Shown here in pieces: positions 9,945 to 20,425 of a DNA stretch of 64,000 nt. Both the position numbers and the translations under genes were made by a program. How positions within the stretch are numbered: the first letter of the stretch is position 1; every line of letters starts with the position of its first letter. This stretch comes from an uncultured Acidobacteriota bacterium (GTDB taxonomy: Bacteria > Acidobacteriota > Blastocatellia > RBC074), in contig CAWCKY010000002.1 of the NCBI GenBank assembly GCA_963796275.1, positions 704,001 to 768,000 on the forward strand, in the 5' to 3' direction. A model generated the notes under the pieces. The model saw nothing but the letters and a program-made list of their open reading frames with translations, was not told the origin of the DNA and searched no databases.

Positions 9945-10918
9945 ATGTTCGCAGTTTACGCCACGCACGCTGCTCCCGACGATCCACTTTCGGCGCTGAA
10001 GATCGGCGAGCGGCCCGAGCCGGACAGTGCCCGAAGGATGGGTCCGCGTGAAGGTCAGCCATGCCAGCCTGAATCGCCACGACCTTTTCACGCTGCTCGG
10101 GATAAGTGGGCATCCCGAAGGCATCACCTACCCCATCATCCTGGGCAACGACGCCGCCGGCACCCTGGACGACGGCACGCCCGTCGTCATTTACCCGTTG
10201 ATGGGGAGCGACGATTGGCGCGGTGACGAGACGCTCGATCCCGGGTGGCACATCCCCAGCGAATTTATCCACGGCACGTTTGCGGACTACGTCGTCGTGC
10301 CGAGGCGAAACGCGATCCCTTTGCCCGAGAACTTGTCGCCCCTTCACGCCTCGGTCCTCGGCACGGCCTGGCTGACCGCCTACCGCACGCTCTTTACCAA
10401 GTCGGGACTTCAGGCTGGCGAGACAGTGCTGGTCCAAGGTGCGACAGGGGGCATGGCGACTGCGCTCATCCAGCTTGGCCGGGCGGCCGGCTTCGAGGTC
10501 TGGGCGACAAGCCGCTCGGAAGAAGGCCGAGCGCAGGCCATAGCGCTTGGCGCCCATCAGAGCTTTCCTTCCAATGAGCCTCTGCCACGAAAGGTGCCGG
10601 CAATTATTGATAACGTCGGGTCGGACTCTTGGGCACACAGCATGTCGTCGCTTGCCCGCGGCGGTACGCTGGTGACGGTCGGAGGCACAACGGGGCTTGA
10701 AGTGGCGCTGAATCTTCTTCCGGTGATTGCTGACCAACTCACCATCACAGGTTCGATCATGGGCACGCTTAAAGATATGGAGAACATGATACGACCTGAT
10801 TGCCCAGACCGGGATCGCGCCAGAGATCGGTGTCGTTCTGCCGATGGATAGGGCCGAAGAAGGATTCCGTGCGATGTGGCAAGGCAAGACGCGCGGCAAG
10901 ACGGTATTCACCCGCTGA
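9945..10918 (+). CDS. MDR-family zinc-binding dehydrogenase/quinone oxidoreductase, two frameshifts
   Basis: MFAVYATHA... joins VRVKVSHASLNRHD and VLVQGATGGMA; C-terminus GKTRGKTVFTR is in a shifted frame. Confidence 0.85.
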
Positions 10919-11069
10919 AACGCCGAACTTCAGATTGATGTGAAACGCAGCCGGACAGTTCATGGAACGATGAGGTGCTGATAAGGGTGCCGCGATTTCC
11001 AAGATAGCAGGCTATTGAAGCTGGGAAGGAATCAGAAGTGGTGGCATGAACGAAGGGAGCAGAGGGATG

Positions 11070-11251
11070 TTCCAGACAGAGGCAAGGAATGATCTGGCGG
11101 GAGCGATGATGAAAACCTGGAACAATGGAACAAAGGGCCGCTCACGCAATTCGAATGGCTGGAATCACACGGCAAGATTGATCATTTGCTGGCGGGTCTG
11201 CCCCCGCTCAAGCTGAAGCACTTCGCCGCCGAAGCCTGGGCGCTCGATGCC
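11070..11251 (+). pseudogene. short Tn3-family transposase remnant
   Basis: 11141-11251 reads LTQFEWLESHGKIDHLLAGLPPLKLKHFAAEAWALDA, matching the Tn3 TnpA K.KHFAAEA.ALDA motif. Confidence 0.65.
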
Positions 11252-11300
11252 GTGCCGGACTGGATAGCTTCACCTGCGATCCGTTCGACTTGGCCTCCCA

Positions 11301-12740
11301 CTAGAATTTATAAGTCACCCATGCCGCCGCATATTCTACTGATCGCCTCGGCAGCGTCGCCTTAACCAGGAATGGGCCCGCGAAGAAATGGTTATATGCG
11401 GCAGACACTGAAAGATGACGATTGATCCGCCAATAGACGCCCACCGATGGCTGAGTGCCCACGTAGCGTTCGAGGTTCCCTTGCCCGGAGACTAATAAGT
11501 TACTGGCCAATCCATAAACGCCGTCGCGCAGGCTTGTCCGCCAGAAGACATCGTTATCAACGATGACCCCAACCGATTTCGTAACCTGCAACCCCACGCG
11601 CGAACCGAACTGGATAAGATTAGTAGGCCCATTCAGATTTATCGCTCCCTGGCCATAGTAGAGACTGGTCGGGAACAGCGGACTGAAAGTCCCCAACGGC
11701 GACTTTGGATCACCACCATCACCGCTCGTGACAGAGATCGTCGTTCCGATTCGAGGCTGAAAACGCGCGGATCGAAAAGTGTATCCCGTGGTGTGGGCAG
11801 TGCCCCAGGCGAGTAGCCCGCGATCGCCGAAGGCCCCAAATTGAAGCGCCGCCTCACTGTTATAATCCCATCCTCCCCGTCTGCCCCAGAAACGCGTTCC
11901 TACCGTATGGCGCAACTCGCGGCCCACGCCTTTGTCAAATATTGCCTGCTTTCGGTCCAAGCCAAGATAATAAAGGTCGACGTTCCCTCCCTCGGTCTTG
12001 GGCAACGACCGAACGGCGTATATCCCCCAGAAGGTCGTGCCAGGCTCGGGCGGCGCGTCGAAAAAACCGGTTCCATTCCGCACGGGCTTCGTGGCGATCC
12101 CGGTCACGTCCCACGGAGCCTTTTTCCACCTGAGAGCGATTCCATCGAATGACCGGTGAACATTGGGCCCTTCTCTGAAGTCCACAAACCGGCCCGATCC
12201 GAAGCGGAACTGTTGCCGCCCAAGCCGGACGACGAGCGGGGGGTCTTTCCCCTCGGCGCCTTCCACCAATGCCCAATCCGCGAACGCCTGCTCGAACCAA
12301 AGCTTGGACTCATCAATGACAGGCCGCGGGCCGCCGTTTCTCCCTGCTTCGATATCGCTCGTGAGTTGCGCAAAGAACCGAATGCGACTGTTCACATGAA
12401 AATCGCCAAAAGCTGAGAGCCGCTGTAAGAGATATCCATTGTCATCCTGGGGACCCACGCCCCAATTGGCATTGCGGAATCCTTCATACCACTCCCGCGC
12501 TTCACCGCCGATTGTCAGAAAGCTGTCGCCGCTCGATCCGAGTCGCACATATTTCAGAGAGTCCCAGCGATCCCGTTTGCAGGCGCCGTCGCGAAGGTAG
12601 ATGTAATCTTCGTCTTGCCGGAGTGGCTTATAGTCCGGTGGATTGGGGCATGTCGGCTGGGCTTGCAAACTCATCCGGCCCGGTCCCCCTAGAAACATGG
12701 AAAGCCAAAGCGCCGTTGTAACCAGTCGCCTTGCAGTCAT
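11301..12740 (-). CDS. alginate export (AlgE)-family outer-membrane beta-barrel
   Basis: Signal peptide; R.GRQ.F.FGSGR.V..REGPNV..SFDG; C-terminal aromatic YKF. Confidence 0.88.
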   Translation of the reverse strand: MTARRLVTTALWLSMFLGGPGRMSLQAQPTCPNPPDYKPLRQDEDYIYLRDGACKRDRWDSLKYVRLGSSGDSFLTIGGEAREWYEGFRNANWGVGPQDDNGYLLQRLSAFGDFHVNSRIRFFAQLTSDIEAGRNGGPRPVIDESKLWFEQAFADWALVEGAEGKDPPLVVRLGRQQFRFGSGRFVDFREGPNVHRSFDGIALRWKKAPWDVTGIATKPVRNGTGFFDAPPEPGTTFWGIYAVRSLPKTEGGNVDLYYLGLDRKQAIFDKGVGRELRHTVGTRFWGRRGGWDYNSEAALQFGAFGDRGLLAWGTAHTTGYTFRSARFQPRIGTTISVTSGDGGDPKSPLGTFSPLFPTSLYYGQGAINLNGPTNLIQFGSRVGLQVTKSVGVIVDNDVFWRTSLRDGVYGLASNLLVSGQGNLERYVGTQPSVGVYWRINRHLSVSAAYNHFFAGPFLVKATLPRRSVEYAAAWVTYKF

Positions 12741-12751
12741 CTCATGCACTA

Positions 12752-14134
12752 CTACTCGACAACGGTAAGCTTGTCGGGCGCCCATCCCCCGTGGAAGGTG
12801 AACGGCACGCGAACAGGCAGGTGGATTGTCGCGATTGGATCCCCGGTGAAGTCCTGGGCATCGAGGATGACGATGTCGCTGAGATCACGTTCCGGATCGT
12901 AGACAGAAGAAATTATCCAGCCTTCGTCTTCGGCGACGGCTCCCGGCTTCCGCACGAAGACCGGCTCCGTTGTCATATGGCCCCGCCCATAATCGTGAAC
13001 CTCGGTCGTCTGGCGTTGCACGTCGTGTTTCATTGCCGGACCGAAAGTCACATCGTCGCCCCAGTGCGCAGTGTAGATATAGCGATGCGCTTGCCCGCCG
13101 TGGCGACCATTGATCCGCGGAAATTCGTTTCCACGGTCGTCCAGCGCCGTCTCCGTCAGTTTTCCGGTCGGGCGATGGAGCGTCCACCGGACAAGGACGG
13201 GCGCGCCTTCGTTGGGACCGTTCTGATCGGTGAAAAACATTCGCCGATGCTTAGGCAGGTCGATGATGGTGAGATCGCCGTCGTCGTAGGCGTTAGCGAA
13301 GTGAAAAGCGAAGCAGCGCGGCGCTTCGAACCACTGGATGCTAGACACATCGCCGTTGCGCGGCAGCAGGCCGATGCGTGAGTCCCGGCGCTCGTCCCAG
13401 AGCCACGGGAAGTCCGTGTGAGCAAGTTCCGGCTGAAACGTCACCGGAAAGTCGGGGACGATGATGAAGGACTGCGTGAACGCCATGTCGTGGATCATCG
13501 GAATGTGCGGCAGGTCGATCCGCGCCTTGGTCGTGGCGCGCCCGTCGCGGTCGACCGAGATGTAGCGGACTGGCTGGAACGGTTCATAGGCCAGGGCGTG
13601 GTATTCGCCCGTAATCGGATCGAGATGCGCGTGACCCGTGAACCCAGCTTCGAGCGTGCCGTCGAAATCGGTCCGGCGGACGTTCGTCAACTCGTAGTCA
13701 AGCTCGACCGGAAGGGGTCCCGCTTCGACGATGGCGCACAACTTCCCACCGACGTTTATGAGGTTCGTATTGACGTTGGCGTCGCGGACGCCTTCGCCCG
13801 GCCCAGGGAGCGGTTTGCGGTTCAAGACTCTGGCGGCGTTCCGATCGAGAATGAAGCGGCTGCGGAACCATTCCGCCTTGCCCTCATGCAACCGCAAGCC
13901 GTGCGCCATGCCCGTGCCCGCGAACCAGTGATAGCGCATCAGGCGCCCCCGATCCAGATCTTCGACCGGATTTGGACCGATTCGAAGAAAGCGGCCGGTC
14001 AGTTCCTCCGGAACTCGGCCGATCACCTCTAAATCGAAGGCCGTGACCTCGTTCTTGAGAGGTGCAAAGTTCCCGGCGACATACGGCGCGCCGGTACTGT
14101 TCGCCGAAGGGATTTTTTCCGTTGTCGGGTTCAT
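12752..14134 (-). CDS. carotenoid/lignostilbene cleavage dioxygenase family protein
   Basis: GNFAP, RIGPNP, HWF.G.GM, four Fe-ligand His (TGHAH, IHD, FHF, FHG), EFPRI, EPVFV; RBS AAAGGAG. Confidence 0.93.
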   Translation of the reverse strand: MNPTTEKIPSANSTGAPYVAGNFAPLKNEVTAFDLEVIGRVPEELTGRFLRIGPNPVEDLDRGRLMRYHWFAGTGMAHGLRLHEGKAEWFRSRFILDRNAARVLNRKPLPGPGEGVRDANVNTNLINVGGKLCAIVEAGPLPVELDYELTNVRRTDFDGTLEAGFTGHAHLDPITGEYHALAYEPFQPVRYISVDRDGRATTKARIDLPHIPMIHDMAFTQSFIIVPDFPVTFQPELAHTDFPWLWDERRDSRIGLLPRNGDVSSIQWFEAPRCFAFHFANAYDDGDLTIIDLPKHRRMFFTDQNGPNEGAPVLVRWTLHRPTGKLTETALDDRGNEFPRINGRHGGQAHRYIYTAHWGDDVTFGPAMKHDVQRQTTEVHDYGRGHMTTEPVFVRKPGAVAEDEGWIISSVYDPERDLSDIVILDAQDFTGDPIATIHLPVRVPFTFHGGWAPDKLTVVE

Positions 14135-14530
14135 GATCATCTCCTTTGTGTTATAGGTAGACCTTGCGATCTCCCTGTTGTCGGAAGTGGGGGGCGCCAT
14201 GCTTAGAGCGTGCCGACCGTCTCTCTCATGACCGGGCGAAAGCCAGCAGGTCGGCCTTGAGTTGATCCTTTTGAGCGTTGTAGCTGACTGCTGCAGTACT
14301 CGCCCACGGGTTTCCTACGCATTGGTTGCCGCCTTTCATTGGCCTCGCGACGCTCGCACTATGCAGGATCGCCGCAAGAGATACATCACGAGATCAAGTA
14401 GTTTGTGCTACCACATTTTAGCGGTCTATGAAATATCTCTAATGTAGTATACTGGAGGATGTTAGCAGGGAGCAAACCTGGGGTCTCGCTGGCTTATCGT
14501 CATAACGATCGCTATCGGTCGACCGGCGAA

Positions 14531-14881
14531 TCAAGGCAGAATCAGCATGACGTGGCGCATAATTCTTTGTAGCTGGGGCTCTTTTGCTCCGAGTCTGACG
14601 GCCATGGCTCCAAGAGCGCCGATTCGTTCTTTGTCAATGAATTCGATTTCAAGCCTCGCCAATTCACCGTTCACCTCATGCATAATCCAGATCAGCCCCG
14701 AGTTGTTGCCGAATAGTTCCAGGTCTTGCTCCATCTGGGCGATACATGACGCGATCATCCCCATCTCTGGTTCCCCTTTCAGATAGACCGATTTCGGATC
14801 GTTGCCGAAAAAGGCTATGTCTTCCTCCATCTGGCGAGTCAACATAGCCCCCAATTCAACGCGTTCCTGTTGAGATATCAT
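14531..14881 (-). CDS. hypothetical protein with duplicated QME.D...FGN motif
   Basis: 116-aa ORF with RBS; QMEEDIAFFGND and QMEQDLELFGNN. Confidence 0.65.
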   Translation of the reverse strand: MISQQERVELGAMLTRQMEEDIAFFGNDPKSVYLKGEPEMGMIASCIAQMEQDLELFGNNSGLIWIMHEVNGELARLEIEFIDKERIGALGAMAVRLGAKEPQLQRIMRHVMLILP

Positions 14882-15014
14882 GTTCTCTCGATCTCCTTTC
14901 GTGGAGTTTTAGGCGGGCCAACTGCGTTGGGCCAGTTATCGCGTTGTTACGGCCCGCCTAAATCTTGGACCTGCGATGAACGGGGAGTTGGAAAACAGAA
15001 GAGGCACTATCAAG

Positions 15015-15470
15015 CTAGGAAAGCGGGAGGGCTTCGGTGTAACTGATGGTATGGAAGGACTGATCGGGAGAGAAAAAGACCACGACCGGTTTGCTTCGGT
15101 GCGCTAAATTGCGGATGTTGTTCAAGGTTCCCCGGCTCTTCCCGTCCCAGAGCATCAGGCCATAATCCGCCTCTTCAGCCATCGCAGCATCTTTTACCGA
15201 ATAGAACTCGACCCCTCTCAGGCCGGGGCTCGCCGGCACAGGCATGGGTTGCCATCCACCGAGATTGTTTCGGCAGCGTGTGCCGGTATGAAAGACGAGG
15301 ACCCGCCGATACCGCTTCTCAGACAGATAGCGCTGGACGCACCTGTCGGCTCCATCTGCGTCACCGATCAACACGGTGAGATCGCCTTCAATGATCCTGT
15401 CGATCCTGGCGGCTACCGACGACGGTAGTTTTGCGATCGATCTCGATCCACCGATAAATACCTTGCTCAT
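15015..15470 (-). CDS. SLOG-superfamily (YspA/DUF2493-like) protein
   Basis: VFIGGSR...IGDADGAD...KD..MAEEADYGLMLWDGKSRGT. Confidence 0.7.
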   Translation of the reverse strand: MSKVFIGGSRSIAKLPSSVAARIDRIIEGDLTVLIGDADGADRCVQRYLSEKRYRRVLVFHTGTRCRNNLGGWQPMPVPASPGLRGVEFYSVKDAAMAEEADYGLMLWDGKSRGTLNNIRNLAHRSKPVVVFFSPDQSFHTISYTEALPLS

Positions 15471-15833
15471 TAAGCGATCCTCCTCATCAATATTTGCCTA
15501 TATCCGCAGCGCCCGTCATTGTTTGATTGGGAAGAGGTGTCTGGCAGAGATGCAGACCTGGAATTCCCGCTTAAGACAGTAGTCATCATCTCTACCCACT
15601 TTTTCAGGCAGCCCAAATCTTGGACCCGAAGAGGGCGAGTGATTGAGAACAGGCAGCGGGGAAGATAGAAGCGGTGAGATGAGATTAGTGCGAAGAATGC
15701 CGGTGAGATGCGTATGACGAGATGGGCGAGATCGACGGGGGACTGTTGGGCTATGGCTAAAATTGTGTGAGAGGAGACCTCGTAGTAAGTGGCCTCCCCT
15801 CGCTATGCAAACGGTCGAATATCCATTCCAAGC

Positions 15834-16502
15834 TTAAAACGCCAGATCATCGTCCGCCAGTGTGTGAATGATCTCTTCGTCCGGCACACTGAGCAAATCT
15901 TCGAGGCCCGACTCGGCAGGCTTTTTCCTCGACCTGCGAGTTGAAGGCGGATTCCTGTTTGCCCTAGCTGCTTTTTCGGTCCCTGTCGCCACTTCGGCTG
16001 GGACGTTATTTTGTATCTCGGCTTCACCCTGGTGTGAAGAGCGATTGCGGTCGTCGCCGCTGTTACCAAAAGACTGGAGATCGGCCGCTATTTCGGTCCC
16101 TGCCGCCATTTTAGCCAGGCCGTTATCCTGTACATCGGCTTCAACGTAGCGTGAAGAAACATTATGGTTGTTGCCGTTATTGCCCACAAACTGGAGATCG
16201 GTGGCTGTGACCTCGGGGCTATACCGTGTGCGGCCTTCACGATCGGTATACTCTTCGAGGCGGAACCTTCCCTCGAGATAGATCTGGCGGCCTTTGGCCA
16301 GATACTCATTCGCCAGCTCGCCCTGCCGCCCCCAAATCGTTACGCGAAACCATGTAGTATGCTCTTCGCGTTGTCCGGCCGCGTTCTTGCGCCTCTCCGT
16401 GGTCGCAACCGACAACTTGCAAACCGCAGTTCCCTGCGGCGTGTACCTGAGCTCTGGATCCCTTCCAAGGTATCCGATGATGGTGATCTTGTTAAAAGAC
16501 AT
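15834..16502 (-). CDS. ssb: single-stranded DNA-binding protein
   Basis: MSFNKITIIGYLGRDPELRYTPQGTAV...TTWFRVTIWG..; acidic C-terminus DDDLAF; RBS AAAGGAG. Confidence 0.96.
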   Translation of the reverse strand: MSFNKITIIGYLGRDPELRYTPQGTAVCKLSVATTERRKNAAGQREEHTTWFRVTIWGRQGELANEYLAKGRQIYLEGRFRLEEYTDREGRTRYSPEVTATDLQFVGNNGNNHNVSSRYVEADVQDNGLAKMAAGTEIAADLQSFGNSGDDRNRSSHQGEAEIQNNVPAEVATGTEKAARANRNPPSTRRSRKKPAESGLEDLLSVPDEEIIHTLADDDLAF

Positions 16503-16573
16503 GGTTGTCTCCTTTGATTGAAATTGAAATTGAAGGAATGTACAGAGCGCAGTGCTCCGTACTGTCACGATAT

Positions 16574-17167
16574 CTACTGTCCGCCCCAACCTTTGAATCT
16601 CTTCACTCGTCGGACAAAGAGTTTTCGGAACTCCCGGAAGATGAAATGGATACCGCCAGCACTGACAGAGATTGGTCGTGCTTCCGCCGGGATCGTTTCT
16701 TCCTCGGATGTATCGACCTCCTCCGCCCACTTTTCGATGCGTTGGAGGACCACCATTTTTCTCTCTTCTCCCGTCCGACTGTTGCGATAGGATTCTCTCT
16801 CCGCTTTCGGCCAATACTCGAGATAGAAGAGATATCGACAAGCTGCCCTGGCCTTCTTCACGCCTTTGGCCCCATCGATCAGCAATGCCGATGCGATGGT
16901 AAACGCATCGTCCACTTCAGCACCCGACAGCCCGTAGGTATTGATCGCACGCGCCATATCCTTTGGAGTAGCCAGAAAGCAAATCCATCCGCCTGGGCAG
17001 GCGAATGCGTCGTTATTCCAAAATAGAGGAAGGCTTCGGATTTCTCCGACCCAGGTAGCTGCGACTGGGGCCTGCGCATATGCCCAGGACCACATATCGA
17101 CACGGCCGGTGGCGTTAATGATCTCCGCTACGCGACTGAGTAAACCGCGGTTCACTTTGAGCGGCAT
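16574..17167 (-). CDS. hypothetical protein
   Basis: Co-oriented with ssb; start estimated at MPLKVNRG. Confidence 0.6.
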   Translation of the reverse strand: MPLKVNRGLLSRVAEIINATGRVDMWSWAYAQAPVAATWVGEIRSLPLFWNNDAFACPGGWICFLATPKDMARAINTYGLSGAEVDDAFTIASALLIDGAKGVKKARAACRYLFYLEYWPKAERESYRNSRTGEERKMVVLQRIEKWAEEVDTSEEETIPAEARPISVSAGGIHFIFREFRKLFVRRVKRFKGWGGQ

Positions 17168-17360
17168 AGATATCCTCCCGAGCGGTTGAACTGAAATCGG
17201 AGTTGCGCGTTGGGGCTTCCCATCCGCCGTCACGTTCCCGCTTACAGCATTAATCTTCGATCCACGACCGGGAGAGTGCCGGCGCCGGACGCGCCGAGGC
17301 GGGAACGGGTCGCAATCACGAAGGCAAGCCACCATGAACGCGACCCGGCGCAATCGAGTA

Positions 17361-19334
17361 TTATCTCGGGTTGCGTGGATTTGACGGGAACTTCCTCGGC
17401 AACCTCGAAGCGCGATGGTAGATGGCGGACAAAGTGAACAGGGCGAGCAGATTCGTGAGCGCTTCGGACTTTGTGATAAGGTGGTTCGTCATAACGAGTG
17501 CGGCCCCTTTCTCCGCAAAGAACTGCTTGCGCTCCTTGAGTGCATCCCACAAACGCGATTGCTCCTGCGTCGAGAGGCTATGGATCTGATGACCCGGCTC
17601 GTTATCACCATAGAATGCCCAGGAAAGAGATCTCAGATCGCGGAGGGACGCGGTCCGGATCTGCTGCATGAGCCTATAGGCTTCCGGCGAAAGCCTCGCA
17701 TTCATCAGCCTCCCACGCTTGAGCTCCGAGACCGTGTTTAGCAGCGTGAAGTATTTGAGAGGCAGTTCACCTGACTCTTTGGCAGCGTATGCCGCCTGCA
17801 TTACTCCTCCGACGACCTTCGTATCTTCTGCTTTTTGGACGGCCGTGTAGAAACGGCGATAAGTGCGATTGTGACGCATCGCCATCAGATGAACGTCCTG
17901 ATAACAGTCGTCGAGCATCGCTTTGAGTACCTGGCGGGTAAGGATTTGAAGCTCGATGTTGGCCTTAGAGGTGAACCTTGGCCGGCGTTCGATCGCCTCC
18001 AGATCAACGCGGCCGGTCGTCCGATTGGACGGGAAGTAGTCTTTAGGCAGGCTGGATTCGACGCTGACCGGGAAGATGGTCTTGAGCTCGGCATCGATCT
18101 CTTCCCACATTTCATTGAGGTCCAAGCCGCCGGCATAAGCGCGGCGCAGGTAACCGGCGAGGTGGCGCGCCTCTTCGGGGAGGTCGTCGGCTGCGAACTC
18201 GGGATCCAGGCTGCCGCAGGCGATGGTGCGGTCGTAACTCGACATTGTAATGTCTGACCCACTTTCATCATACTGAGCCGTTGCTTCGAAGCGGTTAAAG
18301 GCAGCACACAACTCTTTGATTGTCGCGCCGTTCGATTTGAGCTCGTTCAACGATTCAACAAATTCAGCGGTTATCGTGATGGGCGCCGCCGAAGAAGCAT
18401 CATAAGCAAAGCCCGCAACCTTACGGCAGCCGCGGAGTCTCCTCTTAACCGACGCCAATTCCTCGTCAAAAAGTGAGCGCCTCATTTTTGGATCAGGGCC
18501 GTGATTCGAAATGAGGACGGACCCCGAGTTTGAATGATCGCCGTCAACCGGCTCCTCGCCGGCCGCTTTCACCTTGACTTCGGAATTGAGTCTGGCGAGT
18601 CGCGTCGCAAGCAGCATCATTTCCTTGAGCACTACGCCTTCGCCGCGATACTCCATTTCGTTGTAGTAAAAAGCGGCAGACCTTTGAATATCGCGACCAC
18701 TGCAATCTCTCCCACAAATCGTTTCCAAACACAGAATAAATGCGATAGCGTCATCGTCGTTACCAAGTCTCTTCCTCGCATAGGACAGTGTCGCGAACTC
18801 CACGTCTTCGCTCTGAAGGCCGACCTCCATTATGTGGTCTTCGATTTCGGTCTCCGTCTCTTCGACTACTGGGTTGAGACTGGCGAGTTGCATCGATAGT
18901 AACGCCATCTCCTTGAGCACTTCCCTGATGCCGCGGCGCGCGATTTCCCTGTACCAATAAGAGGCAACCATTTTCCGACCGAAAGAGTCACAGTCTTCCC
19001 CGCAGATCGTGTCCAAACACACGATGAACTCGACGGCATCTTCAACGGCGCCCAATCTCTTGATCCCATAGGCCAGTGTCCCCAGGCGGGCTTCTTCATC
19101 CTGCTGGCTGACTGGTGTTGAATCGCCATCAATCTTGTAAAGGACCTTGCCTATGACCGAGAAAAATTCAAAATCGAGGCGATTTAAGCCGAGGCCTCCG
19201 TCTCGATCCTTCGGCTTATCAGACAGGAGGCGGCCAGAGATGTGGTGAATCAGGTCGTGCGTGGGCGAGCCGGTGCTGGAATACGTGAATAGCGCGCGGT
19301 TTGAACGGGCGGCGTTCTCAAATCCAGTTAACAT
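17361..19334 (-). CDS. hypothetical protein with a duplicated Cys-containing domain
   Basis: 657-aa ORF, RBS AAAAGGAG; repeats ...CLDTICGEDC...VLKEMALL and ...CLETICGRDC...VLKEMMLL. Confidence 0.8.
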   Translation of the reverse strand: MLTGFENAARSNRALFTYSSTGSPTHDLIHHISGRLLSDKPKDRDGGLGLNRLDFEFFSVIGKVLYKIDGDSTPVSQQDEEARLGTLAYGIKRLGAVEDAVEFIVCLDTICGEDCDSFGRKMVASYWYREIARRGIREVLKEMALLSMQLASLNPVVEETETEIEDHIMEVGLQSEDVEFATLSYARKRLGNDDDAIAFILCLETICGRDCSGRDIQRSAAFYYNEMEYRGEGVVLKEMMLLATRLARLNSEVKVKAAGEEPVDGDHSNSGSVLISNHGPDPKMRRSLFDEELASVKRRLRGCRKVAGFAYDASSAAPITITAEFVESLNELKSNGATIKELCAAFNRFEATAQYDESGSDITMSSYDRTIACGSLDPEFAADDLPEEARHLAGYLRRAYAGGLDLNEMWEEIDAELKTIFPVSVESSLPKDYFPSNRTTGRVDLEAIERRPRFTSKANIELQILTRQVLKAMLDDCYQDVHLMAMRHNRTYRRFYTAVQKAEDTKVVGGVMQAAYAAKESGELPLKYFTLLNTVSELKRGRLMNARLSPEAYRLMQQIRTASLRDLRSLSWAFYGDNEPGHQIHSLSTQEQSRLWDALKERKQFFAEKGAALVMTNHLITKSEALTNLLALFTLSAIYHRASRLPRKFPSNPRNPR

Positions 19335-19817
19335 GTGTTATTCTCCTTTTGTAGTTTTTGTATTTCGAATATGAGCGCGGCAAGGTGGCCTACCTACGCG
19401 CTCATTTTTCTTTACCGCCAGCTCAAACCTCTGACCGGCAACAAGAACTGACGCAGGAAAGCTGGGAAGATGCGGAAGGGAGTTCGTTGTTCTTTCAGGC
19501 GATTAGGAAAGCCCTGAAATCACGGATTGCGGGAAAGATCGTGGATAAGGCTCTGCAAGCAATTCGAAAAATGGATCGAGGAGAGGATGGCGAGATGATC
19601 CGCCCCGGCGGCAATAGAAACCAGACAACGTGCTTGATTTCATCTTGAACAGCGCTCTCACCGGGCGGCTGTTTTCTTTTCGAAGGATCATGGCGCCGGC
19701 GCAAAGATCGAATAGAATGCCGCTGACCTACTATCTCCTGTGATTTCGGGCCGCGGGCGCGGGCGTAAAATCGATCATTCCCGGAGGCACCCGCACCGGT
19801 CCGGATGTGGACACAGG

Positions 19818-20135
19818 TCAATCCAGTGGGATAGTTCGCGAGACGACGCTTATAAGCTCATCCACGAATTTCAGCCCTTTCTTGATAACTCCCTGAGCGC
19901 CTGCCCTCTTAATTTCTTTTATCGTGATTGAATAAGTGGATGTACAGAAGAAGATGGGAGTATCAGGATCGAACGTGCGGATCAGAAGACAGAGTTCAAG
20001 TCCGGTGCCGTCTGGCAAATGATAGTCGAGTAAATAAAGATCGAAGCTTCCACTCATGGCCTTCGTAAGAGCATCAGCCTTACTGTAAGTCCCAACCACC
20101 TCATAACCCTTCAGAAGGTCAACTCTTCGACACAC
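19818..20135 (-). pseudogene. response-regulator receiver domain, N-terminally truncated
   Basis: FDLYLLDYHLPDGTGLELC..IR..DPDTPIFF...AGAQGVIKK; beta1 acidic motif absent. Confidence 0.75.
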
Positions 20136-20223
20136 AAGATTTTCTTTTTTGACTCAGGCATAAGTTTCCGCCGTGACGAACTCAATCAGGCTGGTTGTGG
20201 AGCCAGGGCAATTTAGCGGTAAA

Positions 20224-20425
20224 AGTTCGCGAGACGACGCCCCTAAGTTCATCCACGAAATCTTGATAAGTGCTTGAGCGTCTGCTGCCTTAATTTCATT
20301 CATCGTGATTGAATAAGTGCACGTACAAAAGAAAATGGGTGTATTAAGGTCAACGTGCGGATCAGAAGACAGAGTTCAAGCCCGGTGCCGTCTGGCAAAT
20401 GATGGTCGAGTAAATAAAGGTCGAA
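20224..20425 (-). pseudogene. degenerate second copy of the receiver-domain gene
   Basis: Direct repeat of about 19833-20045, e.g. AACGTGCGGATCAGAAGACAGAGTTCAAG in both; contains deletions. Confidence 0.8.

Noticed and set aside
9622-10911. 429-aa antisense ORF and other long shadow ORFs
   Set aside because: They lie opposite recognised genes, as expected in GC-rich DNA
19358-19648. ORF MYFEYERGK... listed on the minus strand
   Set aside because: The peptide actually reads on the plus strand (TTG TAT TTC GAA at 19358). It has no recognisable motif and overlaps the upstream region of the 657-aa gene.
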